From: Rubripirellula sp.
GTDB lineage: Bacteria > Planctomycetota > Planctomycetia > Pirellulales > Pirellulaceae
Length of the DNA: 64,000 nt
Direction of reading: 5' to 3'
Assembly (NCBI GenBank): GCA_965216875.1
Contig: OZ244207.1
Location: 2,496,001-2,560,000 of the forward strand
Shown one piece after another: positions 10,361 to 19,235 of the stretch (position 1 is its first letter; each line of letters begins with the position of its first letter). The notes beneath the pieces were generated by a model. That model made no database searches, had not been told where the DNA came from, and saw only the letters and a program-made list of their open reading frames with translations. Both the position numbers and the translations under genes were made by a program.

Positions 10361-10726
10361 CTACTGCTCGAAATCGATTCGCGTCGGAATGATTGCCCGC
10401 GGCTCGGGCAATTGATGAACGACGCTTTCCGCAGCCACAAGTCCAGCCGCAGTGCTGTTGTCGCCCGCGGCGAAGCCGGTCGCGCCAATGCGGTGAACGC
10501 TGTTGTTCGGCCCCGTTGAATCGGGCAAGCGTGGCGGATTTGCAGAGGTGACGTATTGGTCTCCGATCGGCAAAAACCGCAGAAAACGGCGGTGTCCCGT
10601 TTGGTTTTCCTTTGCCGCCACTGCCTCCGATTCGTTCGGATCCGAGGTCAGCGCGGTGGGCGTGATGCAGCCACCACTGAGAACGAGCGTCAGAGCAACA
10701 AGCGTTAAAAGGTGTGCCTTATTCAT
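10361..10726 (-). CDS. Predicted lipoprotein, hypothetical
   Basis: MNKAHLLTLVALTLVLSGGC lipobox-like signal; upstream of the beta-barrel gene on the same strand. Confidence 0.5.
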   Translation of the reverse strand: MNKAHLLTLVALTLVLSGGCITPTALTSDPNESEAVAAKENQTGHRRFLRFLPIGDQYVTSANPPRLPDSTGPNNSVHRIGATGFAAGDNSTAAGLVAAESVVHQLPEPRAIIPTRIDFEQ

Positions 10727-10945
10727 ATCTCAATTATCGGTTTGTCACCGCACACGAATTTGTCAAAAGAGTGTGATCCGTCGACATCCGTGTGATGATC
10801 TCGCAATTGCGCTCGACCACCGTCAAGACCATCACGACGCTAGCAACTGATCGAAGTGGTCTCATAGCAGCCGTGACCGGGTGAGCGGCCGGGCTCTGCT
10901 CGGCAAGTCAGTCATGGCAGCGAGGTACCCAACGACTCGCCGGAT

Positions 10946-12454
10946 CTACGTCGCTGTCGCACCTTGATCGGGCCTCGAAGAGGTACGCACGGAGATGACA
11001 AGAATGACGCCCGCGATCGACATCAGGATCAAGGGGATCGGTTGAGTGAACAACGGCGCCCAGCTTCCGGCGCTTTGCATCAGGCCGGCCGACAAATGCT
11101 CTTCCGCAATGGGTGCGAGTACAAACCCGATGACCAAGGGAGCGAGCGGAATCCTCATCCGTTCGAGCAAGTAGCCGAACACGCCAAAGCCTAGCATGAC
11201 CCAAACATCAAACATGCGATTGGCCAAGGCATACGCCCCGATTACGCAGAAGGTTACGACACAGGGAATCAAGATTTCGCGGGGCGTCTTCACAAGCAGC
11301 GCGATCCAACGGGCGGAGATGACCATCAACGCAAACACGAACAGATTTGCGAGAAGCAACGTGGCCATGATTGTGTGTACAGCAAGCGGGTTCTGCTCCA
11401 TGAGAAGCGGGCCCGGCTGCAAACCATGAATCACCAACGCACCCAACAAGACGGCATCAATCACGCTGCCGGGGATTCCCATCGAGACCAATGGAATGAG
11501 CGCCCCACCGACAGTTGCATTGTTCGCAGATTCGGAGGCGACCACCGCTTCTTCACTTCCCTGACCGAACCGTTCCGGCTCGTCCGAAGCACGCTTTGCA
11601 GCCGAATAGGCAACCGCCGATCCAATGTTTGCGCCAATGCCTGGCAAGATGCCGATCGCTGTGCCAATGAAAGAAGATCGAATCAGATTGGTGGTGTGTT
11701 GCAACCATTGTCCAATCGGTATCAACGCCAAACGTTTCGTAGGTGCTTGATTCTGTGTCGGCGCGTCCTCATCATCGCCACGGCTACCACTGGCGCACTG
11801 ACGAATCACTTGGTTGATCGCAAACAGACCGATCAGCACCGGCAGTAGCTTGAATCCATCATCGAGCTCATTCACGCCGAACGTCCAACGCGGCACGCCC
11901 GTCGCCGGTGAGGTCCCCGGAACGGCAAGCAACATTCCGAGGAAACCTGAAAAGAGTCCAGCAATCGGCGTCGAGTTGCCGACCGAGGCGATCAAGACCA
12001 ACGCAACCATCACCAGCGCAAAGAAATCAAAAGGTCCGAACAGCAACGACATCTCCGCCATCGGGCCTGCGAGCGTGACGAGAAACACCCATGCGATCAT
12101 GCCGCCGACCAACGAAGCACCAATTCCGAGTGCCAATGCGCGATCCGCCTTGCCTTGCTGAGCCATTGGGTACCCGTCAAGTGTGGTCATCATCGATGCG
12201 GGCGTTCCCGGAATGCGAAGCAGCGTTGCCGTGATCAGTCCGCCCGTCACGCTGCCAACGTACATCGACACCAACAGCACCATCGCGTGTTCGCCCGACA
12301 TCGAAAACGTGAGCGGCAAAGAAAGTGCGATCAGCATCGCACCGGTCAAACCAGGAATGGCCCCCACGGCAACACCAAGCGTCGAACCAATCGCAACCAG
12401 AACCAAGGCGGTTGGCGAAAACATGAGAGAGGTAACTGCGCCAAGATCAGGCAT
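10946..12454 (-). CDS. tctA: Tripartite tricarboxylate transporter permease, TctA family
   Basis: GAIPGL, LLRIPGTPAS.MTTLDGYPMA, GILPGIG, ASESANNA, LQPGP. Confidence 0.9.
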   Translation of the reverse strand: MPDLGAVTSLMFSPTALVLVAIGSTLGVAVGAIPGLTGAMLIALSLPLTFSMSGEHAMVLLVSMYVGSVTGGLITATLLRIPGTPASMMTTLDGYPMAQQGKADRALALGIGASLVGGMIAWVFLVTLAGPMAEMSLLFGPFDFFALVMVALVLIASVGNSTPIAGLFSGFLGMLLAVPGTSPATGVPRWTFGVNELDDGFKLLPVLIGLFAINQVIRQCASGSRGDDEDAPTQNQAPTKRLALIPIGQWLQHTTNLIRSSFIGTAIGILPGIGANIGSAVAYSAAKRASDEPERFGQGSEEAVVASESANNATVGGALIPLVSMGIPGSVIDAVLLGALVIHGLQPGPLLMEQNPLAVHTIMATLLLANLFVFALMVISARWIALLVKTPREILIPCVVTFCVIGAYALANRMFDVWVMLGFGVFGYLLERMRIPLAPLVIGFVLAPIAEEHLSAGLMQSAGSWAPLFTQPIPLILMSIAGVILVISVRTSSRPDQGATAT

Positions 12455-12628
12455 CGAAGGTCAGCGGTGGGGCAGGCGGGCGGAGCAGGGTGGTGGTCGA
12501 CTGAGGCCGGCGATGGCTTAGAACGTAACAAAGTCGCCGCTGCTTCACAAAAACCACACGCTGTTTTTCAAAGCTGCTATGCTTGAACGCAACTACAGAC
12601 AGTTTGCCTGATTCATACGAGTTGTTGG

Positions 12629-13474
12629 ATGCATCGAATCAATTACGCCGCCATCTTCTTCCTAGCAACGGTGCTCTTGCCCAACCTGTCGATCGCGCAG
12701 GAGATGCCCGACGCAAAGCAGCTGCAGAAGAGCTTTGTTCGAACGGCCAAACTCTACGCGATCACAAAGAACTCAAAGCCCTTGAGACTCGAGCCGACGC
12801 CGATCCTGAACTGGACGAACCCTGAACGCTTTTCAGAACAAGGCGCTGTCTTCGTTTGGTACGAAGGCAAGCAGCCGGCGGCGGTGGGGACGTTCTTTAC
12901 GTATGTGTATGACGGGCAACTCCGCGCCAAGCACGAATTGCAATCGGTCGCTTCGGGACCACTGCGAGCGACCTTCAACGGCAAACTGGCTTGGACACCC
13001 GCCCAAGCCGGCGTCCAATGGACAAAAATCGACGTGGGACGTCCGCCGGGTGCATCCAGACCTGCAAACCTCGCTCAAATGCGTTCGATTGCGCGTCAGT
13101 TCATGGCCAAGATGACCGATCCCGAGGGAGAAATCACCGACTTGCGGCTTCTGCCTCGACCTCTGATTCGATACGCCAGTGAAGAGGAGGGCATCCCCGA
13201 TGGCAGCGTTTTTTCGTTCGCCGTTGCGACAGATCCCGAGGCTTTGTTGTTAATTCGTGCTGTCGATGACGGCACGGGCCCTGTTTGGCAATACGCCTTT
13301 GCTCGATTCAACAACTTTCGCCTCGAAGCCTTTCTGGGGCAAAAACGTGTTTGGTCGGTTGCTTATGACCAAGGAATGATGATGAATCGGTTAGGCGACC
13401 AAGAGCATTTCAAAAAGACGTACAACTCGTTTCATCCCGAAACCGATCTGCGTTACCAACCGTACGAAAAATGA
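12629..13474 (+). CDS. Secreted hypothetical protein (planctomycete-type)
   Basis: Signal peptide (SIA-Q); PILNWTNP, GAVFVW, LRLLPRPLIRY, TDPEALL motifs. Confidence 0.75.
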   Translation: MHRINYAAIFFLATVLLPNLSIAQEMPDAKQLQKSFVRTAKLYAITKNSKPLRLEPTPILNWTNPERFSEQGAVFVWYEGKQPAAVGTFFTYVYDGQLRAKHELQSVASGPLRATFNGKLAWTPAQAGVQWTKIDVGRPPGASRPANLAQMRSIARQFMAKMTDPEGEITDLRLLPRPLIRYASEEEGIPDGSVFSFAVATDPEALLLIRAVDDGTGPVWQYAFARFNNFRLEAFLGQKRVWSVAYDQGMMMNRLGDQEHFKKTYNSFHPETDLRYQPYEK

Positions 13475-13577
13475 GGTTGTTTTGCGTCGTCTTGACCGAC
13501 ATTCGGCGACGACCTGGGTGGAAGATGACTACGGAATCTGAAACAATCGTCTTTCCGCAACTTGCCCCAAGAGACGA

Positions 13578-14714
13578 TTGATGAACGCAACGATATTGGC
13601 TGGGATCGCCGACAAGAACGCTTCTCTTTATCGCCGACTACAAGTTCCCTTGGGTGACCCCGCAGCATGGATCGAAATCGGATCGATGCGAATCGCCCTG
13701 GTTCGCGATTTGGAAATGGATCGTGTGCGTCAGCGGAGTCATGCTGACGACGTCACCTGCCCAGCCGAACACGCACCACCAACCGGGCTGAGCGCCGACC
13801 GCGAAACCGCAACCGCCGAAGCCGCCGTCCAGCTGCTTCGTTCACAACACGTCGAACGAGTCGTCGCCGACCGGTCGTTGCCCTACATCTTCGCTTGGCA
13901 CCTCCAGCAAGCCGAAATCGTTGTCGAATATGACGAAGACCTTGGTGTCCTCGATCGGCGTGTCAAGACACACCAAGAAATCGATGCCCTTGCCAAAGCG
14001 CAAGCCATCACCGAAGAGGTGATGCGGCTGATTTGCGAAACGATCGCCGGCGCAACCGCTGCTGCTGATGGGTCGTTGCAAGTGGACGGCGACGACCTGA
14101 CCAGCGAGCGCGTTCGATCGATCGCCGCAATCGAATTCATGAAACGTGACTGCACGATGTCACATGGAGCGATTGTCGCCACCGCTCCACAGGTCGCCGA
14201 CTGTCATCACAGCGGCGAGGGCAAACTGTTTACCGAAAAAACGATCATCGTCGATCTCTTTCCACGCCACGAAGCATCACGCTATTGGGGCGACTGCACT
14301 CGAACGGTTGTGCATGGCCAGCCGAGCGACGACGTCAAGAAAATGCATGCTGCCGTCGTCGAAGCCAAAGCGGCCGCGACCGAAAAACTGATTGCCGACA
14401 ACACCGCCGACGCTGTCCACAAGGCCGCTGACGCCGTGCTATTGAAACATGGTTATCCCGAATCGCGTGGCGAATTGACCGACGAAGCGAGCATTCAACA
14501 TGGGACGGGCCACGGCATTGGTCTCGATCTACACGAGCCCATCCTGCTTGACCACGAGGGTGGACAACTCCTTGCTGGCGAAGTCTTCACCGTTGAACCC
14601 GGACTCTACGGCCGCAATGTCGGCGGCGTCCGGATCGAAGACATGCTTGTCGTTGGCGAAGACAAAGCCAAGAACCTCAACCAACTCCAAGACGGCCTCG
14701 ACTGGCGAAGCTAG
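13578..14714 (+). CDS. M24-family Xaa-Pro aminopeptidase
   Basis: IIVDLFP, YWGDCTRT, HGTGHGIGLDLHE, TVEPGLY, GGVRIED. Confidence 0.92.
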   Translation: MMNATILAGIADKNASLYRRLQVPLGDPAAWIEIGSMRIALVRDLEMDRVRQRSHADDVTCPAEHAPPTGLSADRETATAEAAVQLLRSQHVERVVADRSLPYIFAWHLQQAEIVVEYDEDLGVLDRRVKTHQEIDALAKAQAITEEVMRLICETIAGATAAADGSLQVDGDDLTSERVRSIAAIEFMKRDCTMSHGAIVATAPQVADCHHSGEGKLFTEKTIIVDLFPRHEASRYWGDCTRTVVHGQPSDDVKKMHAAVVEAKAAATEKLIADNTADAVHKAADAVLLKHGYPESRGELTDEASIQHGTGHGIGLDLHEPILLDHEGGQLLAGEVFTVEPGLYGRNVGGVRIEDMLVVGEDKAKNLNQLQDGLDWRS

Positions 14715-14813
14715 TGTTGCTGGGCCCGGCCGCTTACGCGATCGCGGCTCAATGGTGTGGACTTGGGGAAGGATTTCTGCTGGTGGAAGCGCTATTGCAA
14801 CCTGCAACACTAG
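14711..14813. mobile_element. About 100-bp MITE bounded by CTAGTGTTGC...GCAACACTAG
   Basis: Terminal inverted repeat with CTAG at both ends. The reverse complement matches the first ~90 nt of the element at 48684. Confidence 0.75.
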
Positions 14814-15577
14814 CGAACATCGTGAATGATGTCCGATAGGGCATCGACGAGGGGGTCATCGTCGGGACCGCAGAAGCCCCAGTGTGAACGTCTGCGCCAT
14901 CCTTCGGCATATTCGAACCGGCCGCTCATCGCTCCAACATCACGACTCAGTTGACGCGCCGTTTCCAGGTAGCTGTCTTGCCCCTGGCTCTCATCGAGCC
15001 ATCGCTTCTGACTCGCATGACAAGCCAGTGCCTCGATCTTTTGATCAACCACATCGGTGTCATCGACGAAGATGTGGGGATGAACCGGCTCGCCGACCGG
15101 CGTGGTGTTGCCAATGGGTTGGGCATGGTAGATCGTCACCGGTTCCATGTAGACATCAACCGCCGGGTCGCTGACCAAGTTAGGCATCCCATGAGCAAAC
15201 GCGGCGCTAACCGCGAGCCGCGCACTGATCTCGTGGTCTTCCATGTAGTCGATCGGCGAATGAGTCAACAGGATCGTTGGTTTGGCCATTCGAACAATCG
15301 CCGAGACCTTCTTTAAGTTCGCAGTGTTGTAGGTCGCTTCCATATCCGCATAGATCGGCGGATACCAAGTCGCGTCGAGAACCTTGCACGCCTGCTTGGA
15401 CTCTTCCATTCGTGTCGCAGCACACTCGGCCTGGTCCATGGTCGTCGAACCGCGTGAACCATCGCACAAATTCACGTAGTGTAGATCCCAGCCGCGTTTG
15501 CCAAGTTGCAGCATCGTGCCGGCCATCAGGAATTCGATATCGTCGGGGTGCGCGCAAATCGCAAGAACGGAAGGCAT
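14810..15577 (-). CDS. PIG-L/LmbE-family deacetylase
   Basis: AHPDDIE, R.EE...A, THSP.DYMEDH, ALACHASQ, YAEG. Confidence 0.9.
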   Translation of the reverse strand: MPSVLAICAHPDDIEFLMAGTMLQLGKRGWDLHYVNLCDGSRGSTTMDQAECAATRMEESKQACKVLDATWYPPIYADMEATYNTANLKKVSAIVRMAKPTILLTHSPIDYMEDHEISARLAVSAAFAHGMPNLVSDPAVDVYMEPVTIYHAQPIGNTTPVGEPVHPHIFVDDTDVVDQKIEALACHASQKRWLDESQGQDSYLETARQLSRDVGAMSGRFEYAEGWRRRSHWGFCGPDDDPLVDALSDIIHDVR

Positions 15578-15693
15578 GATTGATTCGTTTCAAAGGTGTG
15601 AACTTGAGCGGTTGAATCGAGATTCTAGCGAGGCAGTTGCCTCTCATGGAAGACGGCGGGAAGCGACCTGCAAACCAATCGCCGTCGGTCCAA

Positions 15694-16146
15694 TTACCGT
15701 GAATCGGCAACGTGAAAATCGAGGCCATGCTCCCGTCGCAATCGATTCGCGGTGTAGCGAGTGAAGTAGCGTTTGTTGAGGTCGATGCGGGGCGAGCCAG
15801 AAAGTGACTTCAAGATCTCGATCTGTGCCGGAGTCAAAACCGGCTCCGTCCAGCGAACCGACCGGACACGCTTGAACCACTCGAGTTTACGAAGTCTCGA
15901 ACGCAGCGGCAGAATACCGGGAGGCTCGACAGTCGTCGTCACAATCAGGCTGTCTGAGAGCATCGAAATCCCCTCGTTGCTCTCGACCCAAACGGCCCCA
16001 GTGTCGACCGTCTCGGCCATGTCGTTGAGCAGTTTCAAGTCGCGACGAAACTGGTTGTCGTAACTCTGCACGAAGCCAAAGGCGCAGCCGGCGACCAATG
16101 TCAGAACGAGCAGAGTGCGAATCGTGAACTTCCGCTTTCTCATCAA
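15694..16146 (-). CDS. Hypothetical protein with planctomycete-type FTIRTLL N-terminal membrane anchor
   Basis: RKFTIRTLLVLTLVAG motif followed by a hydrophobic helix. Confidence 0.65.
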   Translation of the reverse strand: MMRKRKFTIRTLLVLTLVAGCAFGFVQSYDNQFRRDLKLLNDMAETVDTGAVWVESNEGISMLSDSLIVTTTVEPPGILPLRSRLRKLEWFKRVRSVRWTEPVLTPAQIEILKSLSGSPRIDLNKRYFTRYTANRLRREHGLDFHVADSR

Positions 16147-16249
16147 GTTCGACCAACGGCGAGTGACGAAACAGAACCTGGATTATTGCAGATCTGAGAG
16201 CATCGCAGTTCGGAACGAGGGATGATTAGAAAGCGGGATGAAGTGGGTG

Positions 16250-16321
16250 GCCACGAAAAGCACGAAAAGGCACAAAAGAACAGCCAACGACCTTCTCGTG
16301 GGTTCTTGTGTTTTTTGTGGC
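16250..16321. repeat. Imperfect inverted repeat of GCCAC(G/A)AAAAGCAC(G/A)AAA units (family K); may act as terminator
   Basis: gccacgaaaagcacgaaaaggcacaaaag ... ttctcgtgggttcttgtgttttttgtggc. Confidence 0.6.
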
Positions 16322-16370
16322 TCCATCGCCGTCAGTCTTGCCAGCGCAGGCAAGAGACTGTGAACGGGAG

Positions 16371-17492
16371 CTAGGCCGGGGAGGGACGGCCAAAGAAAAA
16401 GCCTTGGGCGAGATCGAAGCCGAGTTCTTTACAAACCTCGGCTTCCTCTTTGGTCTCGATCCCTTCGGCGAGTGATTTGATGTCGAGGTCGCGTACCATC
16501 TGGACAAGCGACGAAAGCATCCGGCGACGATTGTCATCGGCGCGATCGATTTCGCGAATCAACGAGATATCAAATTTGACGAAATCAGGCCGAGCTTCGA
16601 TCAACTCGGCGAGTCTTGCTTGCCCCGAACCAAAGTCGTCGTAGGCGAGCTGAATATCAAGGTCCTTCAGTGCGCTGTGCAGTGACTGCATCAGCGCCGG
16701 GTTGGTCACTGCCGACTCATGGATTTCCAAGACCAGATCGGTATTGCCGGTCATCTCGCGGACGTTTCGAAGAGATTCGATCAGTCCTTGACCGTCTTCC
16801 ATTTCGCGTGGGTGAGTGTTGACGAAGAGCGTCGGCCGCTCGGGCAGATCGCGCCCAACGCGAATCCCTTCCCAACGCAGCAGTCGACTCAACTCGACTT
16901 CCAAGTTCAATTGCTCGGCAGCTTGGAACATTGCCGCTACCGATTCGAGACCGAAGACGCTACCGCGACCGAGGATCTCAAATCCGATCAACTTGCCGTC
17001 ATCGATCAACACGATCGGTTGGAAGTGTGGTTTGACCAACCGTTCGCTCATCAGGCGGTCAAACTGAACCAACGCAAGCGCTTGGTCACAGACATTCTCG
17101 GCGATCGTTCCTGCCGTCATGCCGGTAGGCGATTGACGTCGAACGCGGAACGGTGCTTCGGCGAAATGGATCAAGTCCTCTTCGCTGACACGGACGGTCG
17201 TCTCTCGATCGACACGCGTGCCGTTGATGTAGGTTCCGTTCGTGCTTCCAAGGTCTTTCAGAAACAGCGTGCCATCTTCGACCCAAAGCGATGCGTGGTT
17301 GCCGCTAACGGTGCGGAACTGAAGCTTCAGAGAGACGCCTGTCTTGCGGCCAACGATATAGGGGTTGCCATCAATCGGTGAATGAAGAACGGCCTCGCCC
17401 GGCTGGGTTGGTCCCGACAGAAACCAAACATCTTCGGTCACCACAGTGCTGCGGCGCAGACGTTCGATCGTAGCGTTGTCGACAGATGCCAT
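16371..17492 (-). CDS. FHA-EAL protein (putative phosphothreonine-binding c-di-GMP phosphodiesterase)
   Basis: FHA: IVGR, VSGNHA, DLGSTNGTYING. EAL: FQPI, FEILGR, LFVN, LEIHE, YDDFGSG, VKFD, AEGIE, AQGFFFGRP. Confidence 0.92.
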   Translation of the reverse strand: MASVDNATIERLRRSTVVTEDVWFLSGPTQPGEAVLHSPIDGNPYIVGRKTGVSLKLQFRTVSGNHASLWVEDGTLFLKDLGSTNGTYINGTRVDRETTVRVSEEDLIHFAEAPFRVRRQSPTGMTAGTIAENVCDQALALVQFDRLMSERLVKPHFQPIVLIDDGKLIGFEILGRGSVFGLESVAAMFQAAEQLNLEVELSRLLRWEGIRVGRDLPERPTLFVNTHPREMEDGQGLIESLRNVREMTGNTDLVLEIHESAVTNPALMQSLHSALKDLDIQLAYDDFGSGQARLAELIEARPDFVKFDISLIREIDRADDNRRRMLSSLVQMVRDLDIKSLAEGIETKEEAEVCKELGFDLAQGFFFGRPSPA

Positions 17493-17872
17493 TGGTCGGA
17501 GGCTGAGCTTGGGGTCTTTGTTTGGTTTTTCCTATCGCCACGTTGGAGACGCTCCAGTCACGAGCTTTTTGACGTCTTCAATTGGGCATTTCGGAATGGA
17601 CGGGAAACTGGAGTTCGATCCCCGCCCGACAAATCTAGGTCAGGTTTCCCCCCAAGCTAGTGAGAAGGCGAAATTTCTTCGAAGACGCTTGATTGCCGCT
17701 GTCGCTCAGGCGGCGCCGGCAAAAGTCCGCTCAACAATCCATTGCTGCACCATTCCTGAATCCCCCGCCGGGATTCCCCACCAGACTGGGAAATACGAGC
17801 TAGGTTTCAGAGATTCGTCGTGCGCGTGCGCGCACCACGGGTCTCCCAAACCCTACAGCACGCAAAACCATT

Positions 17873-19198
17873 ATGACGGCCTTAACCAACGAGACACACA
17901 CGTTTGAACCAAGCCTGCTTGGTGGGCTACTTTCAGACGACACCTTCTGGCCAACGCCACCACAAGACCTTGGTGAGACCGGTCTGAGTGAGTCCTATAT
18001 TGAAGGACTCGTGATCAAGACCATCTTGGTCGGGGGAACAGTCAGTGGACGCGATGTCGCTGAACGCATCGGGATGCCCTTTCGCGTCATCGAGCCAATG
18101 CTGGATGTGTTGCGAACACGCAAGATCGTCTCTCACGTTCGACCCGCAGCGTTCAACGACTATTACTTCTCGCTCACCGAAGCGGGTCAAAAGCGTGCTC
18201 GATCCGAGATGCAGCAATGCAGTTATGTCGGGCCCGCCCCCGTACCGCTAAACGACTATGTCCTTAGTGTTGAAGCACAAGCAGCTGGCCTGGAACCGAT
18301 CGATCGCGACCAACTGCGGGTCGCGCTTTCATCGATCTCCTACCAAGACGAACTGCTCGACCAACTTGGGCCGGCAATCAACAGCAACACTGGTCTGTTT
18401 CTGTTCGGCCCTCCGGGTAACGGAAAAACGACAATCGCACGTTGCTTGACCCAATGTTTGGGCCAGGAAGTTTGGATTCCTCACGCGGTGATCGATGACG
18501 GCAACCTCATCAAAGTGCAGGACGATGCGTTTCATCGCTTAGCACCGATTCCCGAAGCGGACGGCCAGATCCTTAAGGCGCAAGAGTGGGATCGTCGTTG
18601 GTTGCGCATCCAACGTCCGACCGTCATCGTCGGTGGTGAATTGGTGATGGATAACCTGGAAGTGCGGCATGACGAACGTTCCAACGTTTGCGAAGCCCCG
18701 TTGCAAATGAAGAGCAATTGCGGCTGCCTGCTCATCGACGACTTTGGACGGCAACGTGTTGCGCCCGAAGAGCTTCTGAATCGCTGGATCGTTCCGCTGG
18801 AGAACAACCAGGACTTCTTGACGCTTCCGACCGGCAAGAAGATTCAAATTCCCTTTGAACAGCTGATCGTTTTTTCGACCAATCTCGACCCTGGCGAACT
18901 CGTTGACGAGGCGTTCCTTAGACGCGTTCCTTACAAGGTGTTTGTGGGCGATCCGTCGGCCGATGAATTCAAGCAGCTGATGCAGGGCGTGTTGCAATCC
19001 ATGGGTTTCCCCGACACCCCCGAGGCCTCGGAGCACTTGCTGAAGTTCTACGCAACAACAGGAAAGAGCCCGCGCCGCTGCCACCCCCGCGACTTGCTGA
19101 CGCAAGTTGCCAACTTCTGCAAGTACCGAAAAATGCCGATGACCCTGCGACCGGAATACCTCGACCAAGCCTGCCGCAGCTATTTCAGCCAACTGTAA
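17873..19198 (+). CDS. AAA+ ATPase with N-terminal winged-helix-like region
   Basis: Walker A GPPGNGKTT; Walker B LLIDDFGRQ; FSTNL; DEAFLRR arginine-finger region. Confidence 0.88.
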   Translation: MTALTNETHTFEPSLLGGLLSDDTFWPTPPQDLGETGLSESYIEGLVIKTILVGGTVSGRDVAERIGMPFRVIEPMLDVLRTRKIVSHVRPAAFNDYYFSLTEAGQKRARSEMQQCSYVGPAPVPLNDYVLSVEAQAAGLEPIDRDQLRVALSSISYQDELLDQLGPAINSNTGLFLFGPPGNGKTTIARCLTQCLGQEVWIPHAVIDDGNLIKVQDDAFHRLAPIPEADGQILKAQEWDRRWLRIQRPTVIVGGELVMDNLEVRHDERSNVCEAPLQMKSNCGCLLIDDFGRQRVAPEELLNRWIVPLENNQDFLTLPTGKKIQIPFEQLIVFSTNLDPGELVDEAFLRRVPYKVFVGDPSADEFKQLMQGVLQSMGFPDTPEASEHLLKFYATTGKSPRRCHPRDLLTQVANFCKYRKMPMTLRPEYLDQACRSYFSQL

Positions 19199-19235
19199 TG
19201 ACGCCCGAACAAGCCCCGCTTCCAAGCAATTTGCG

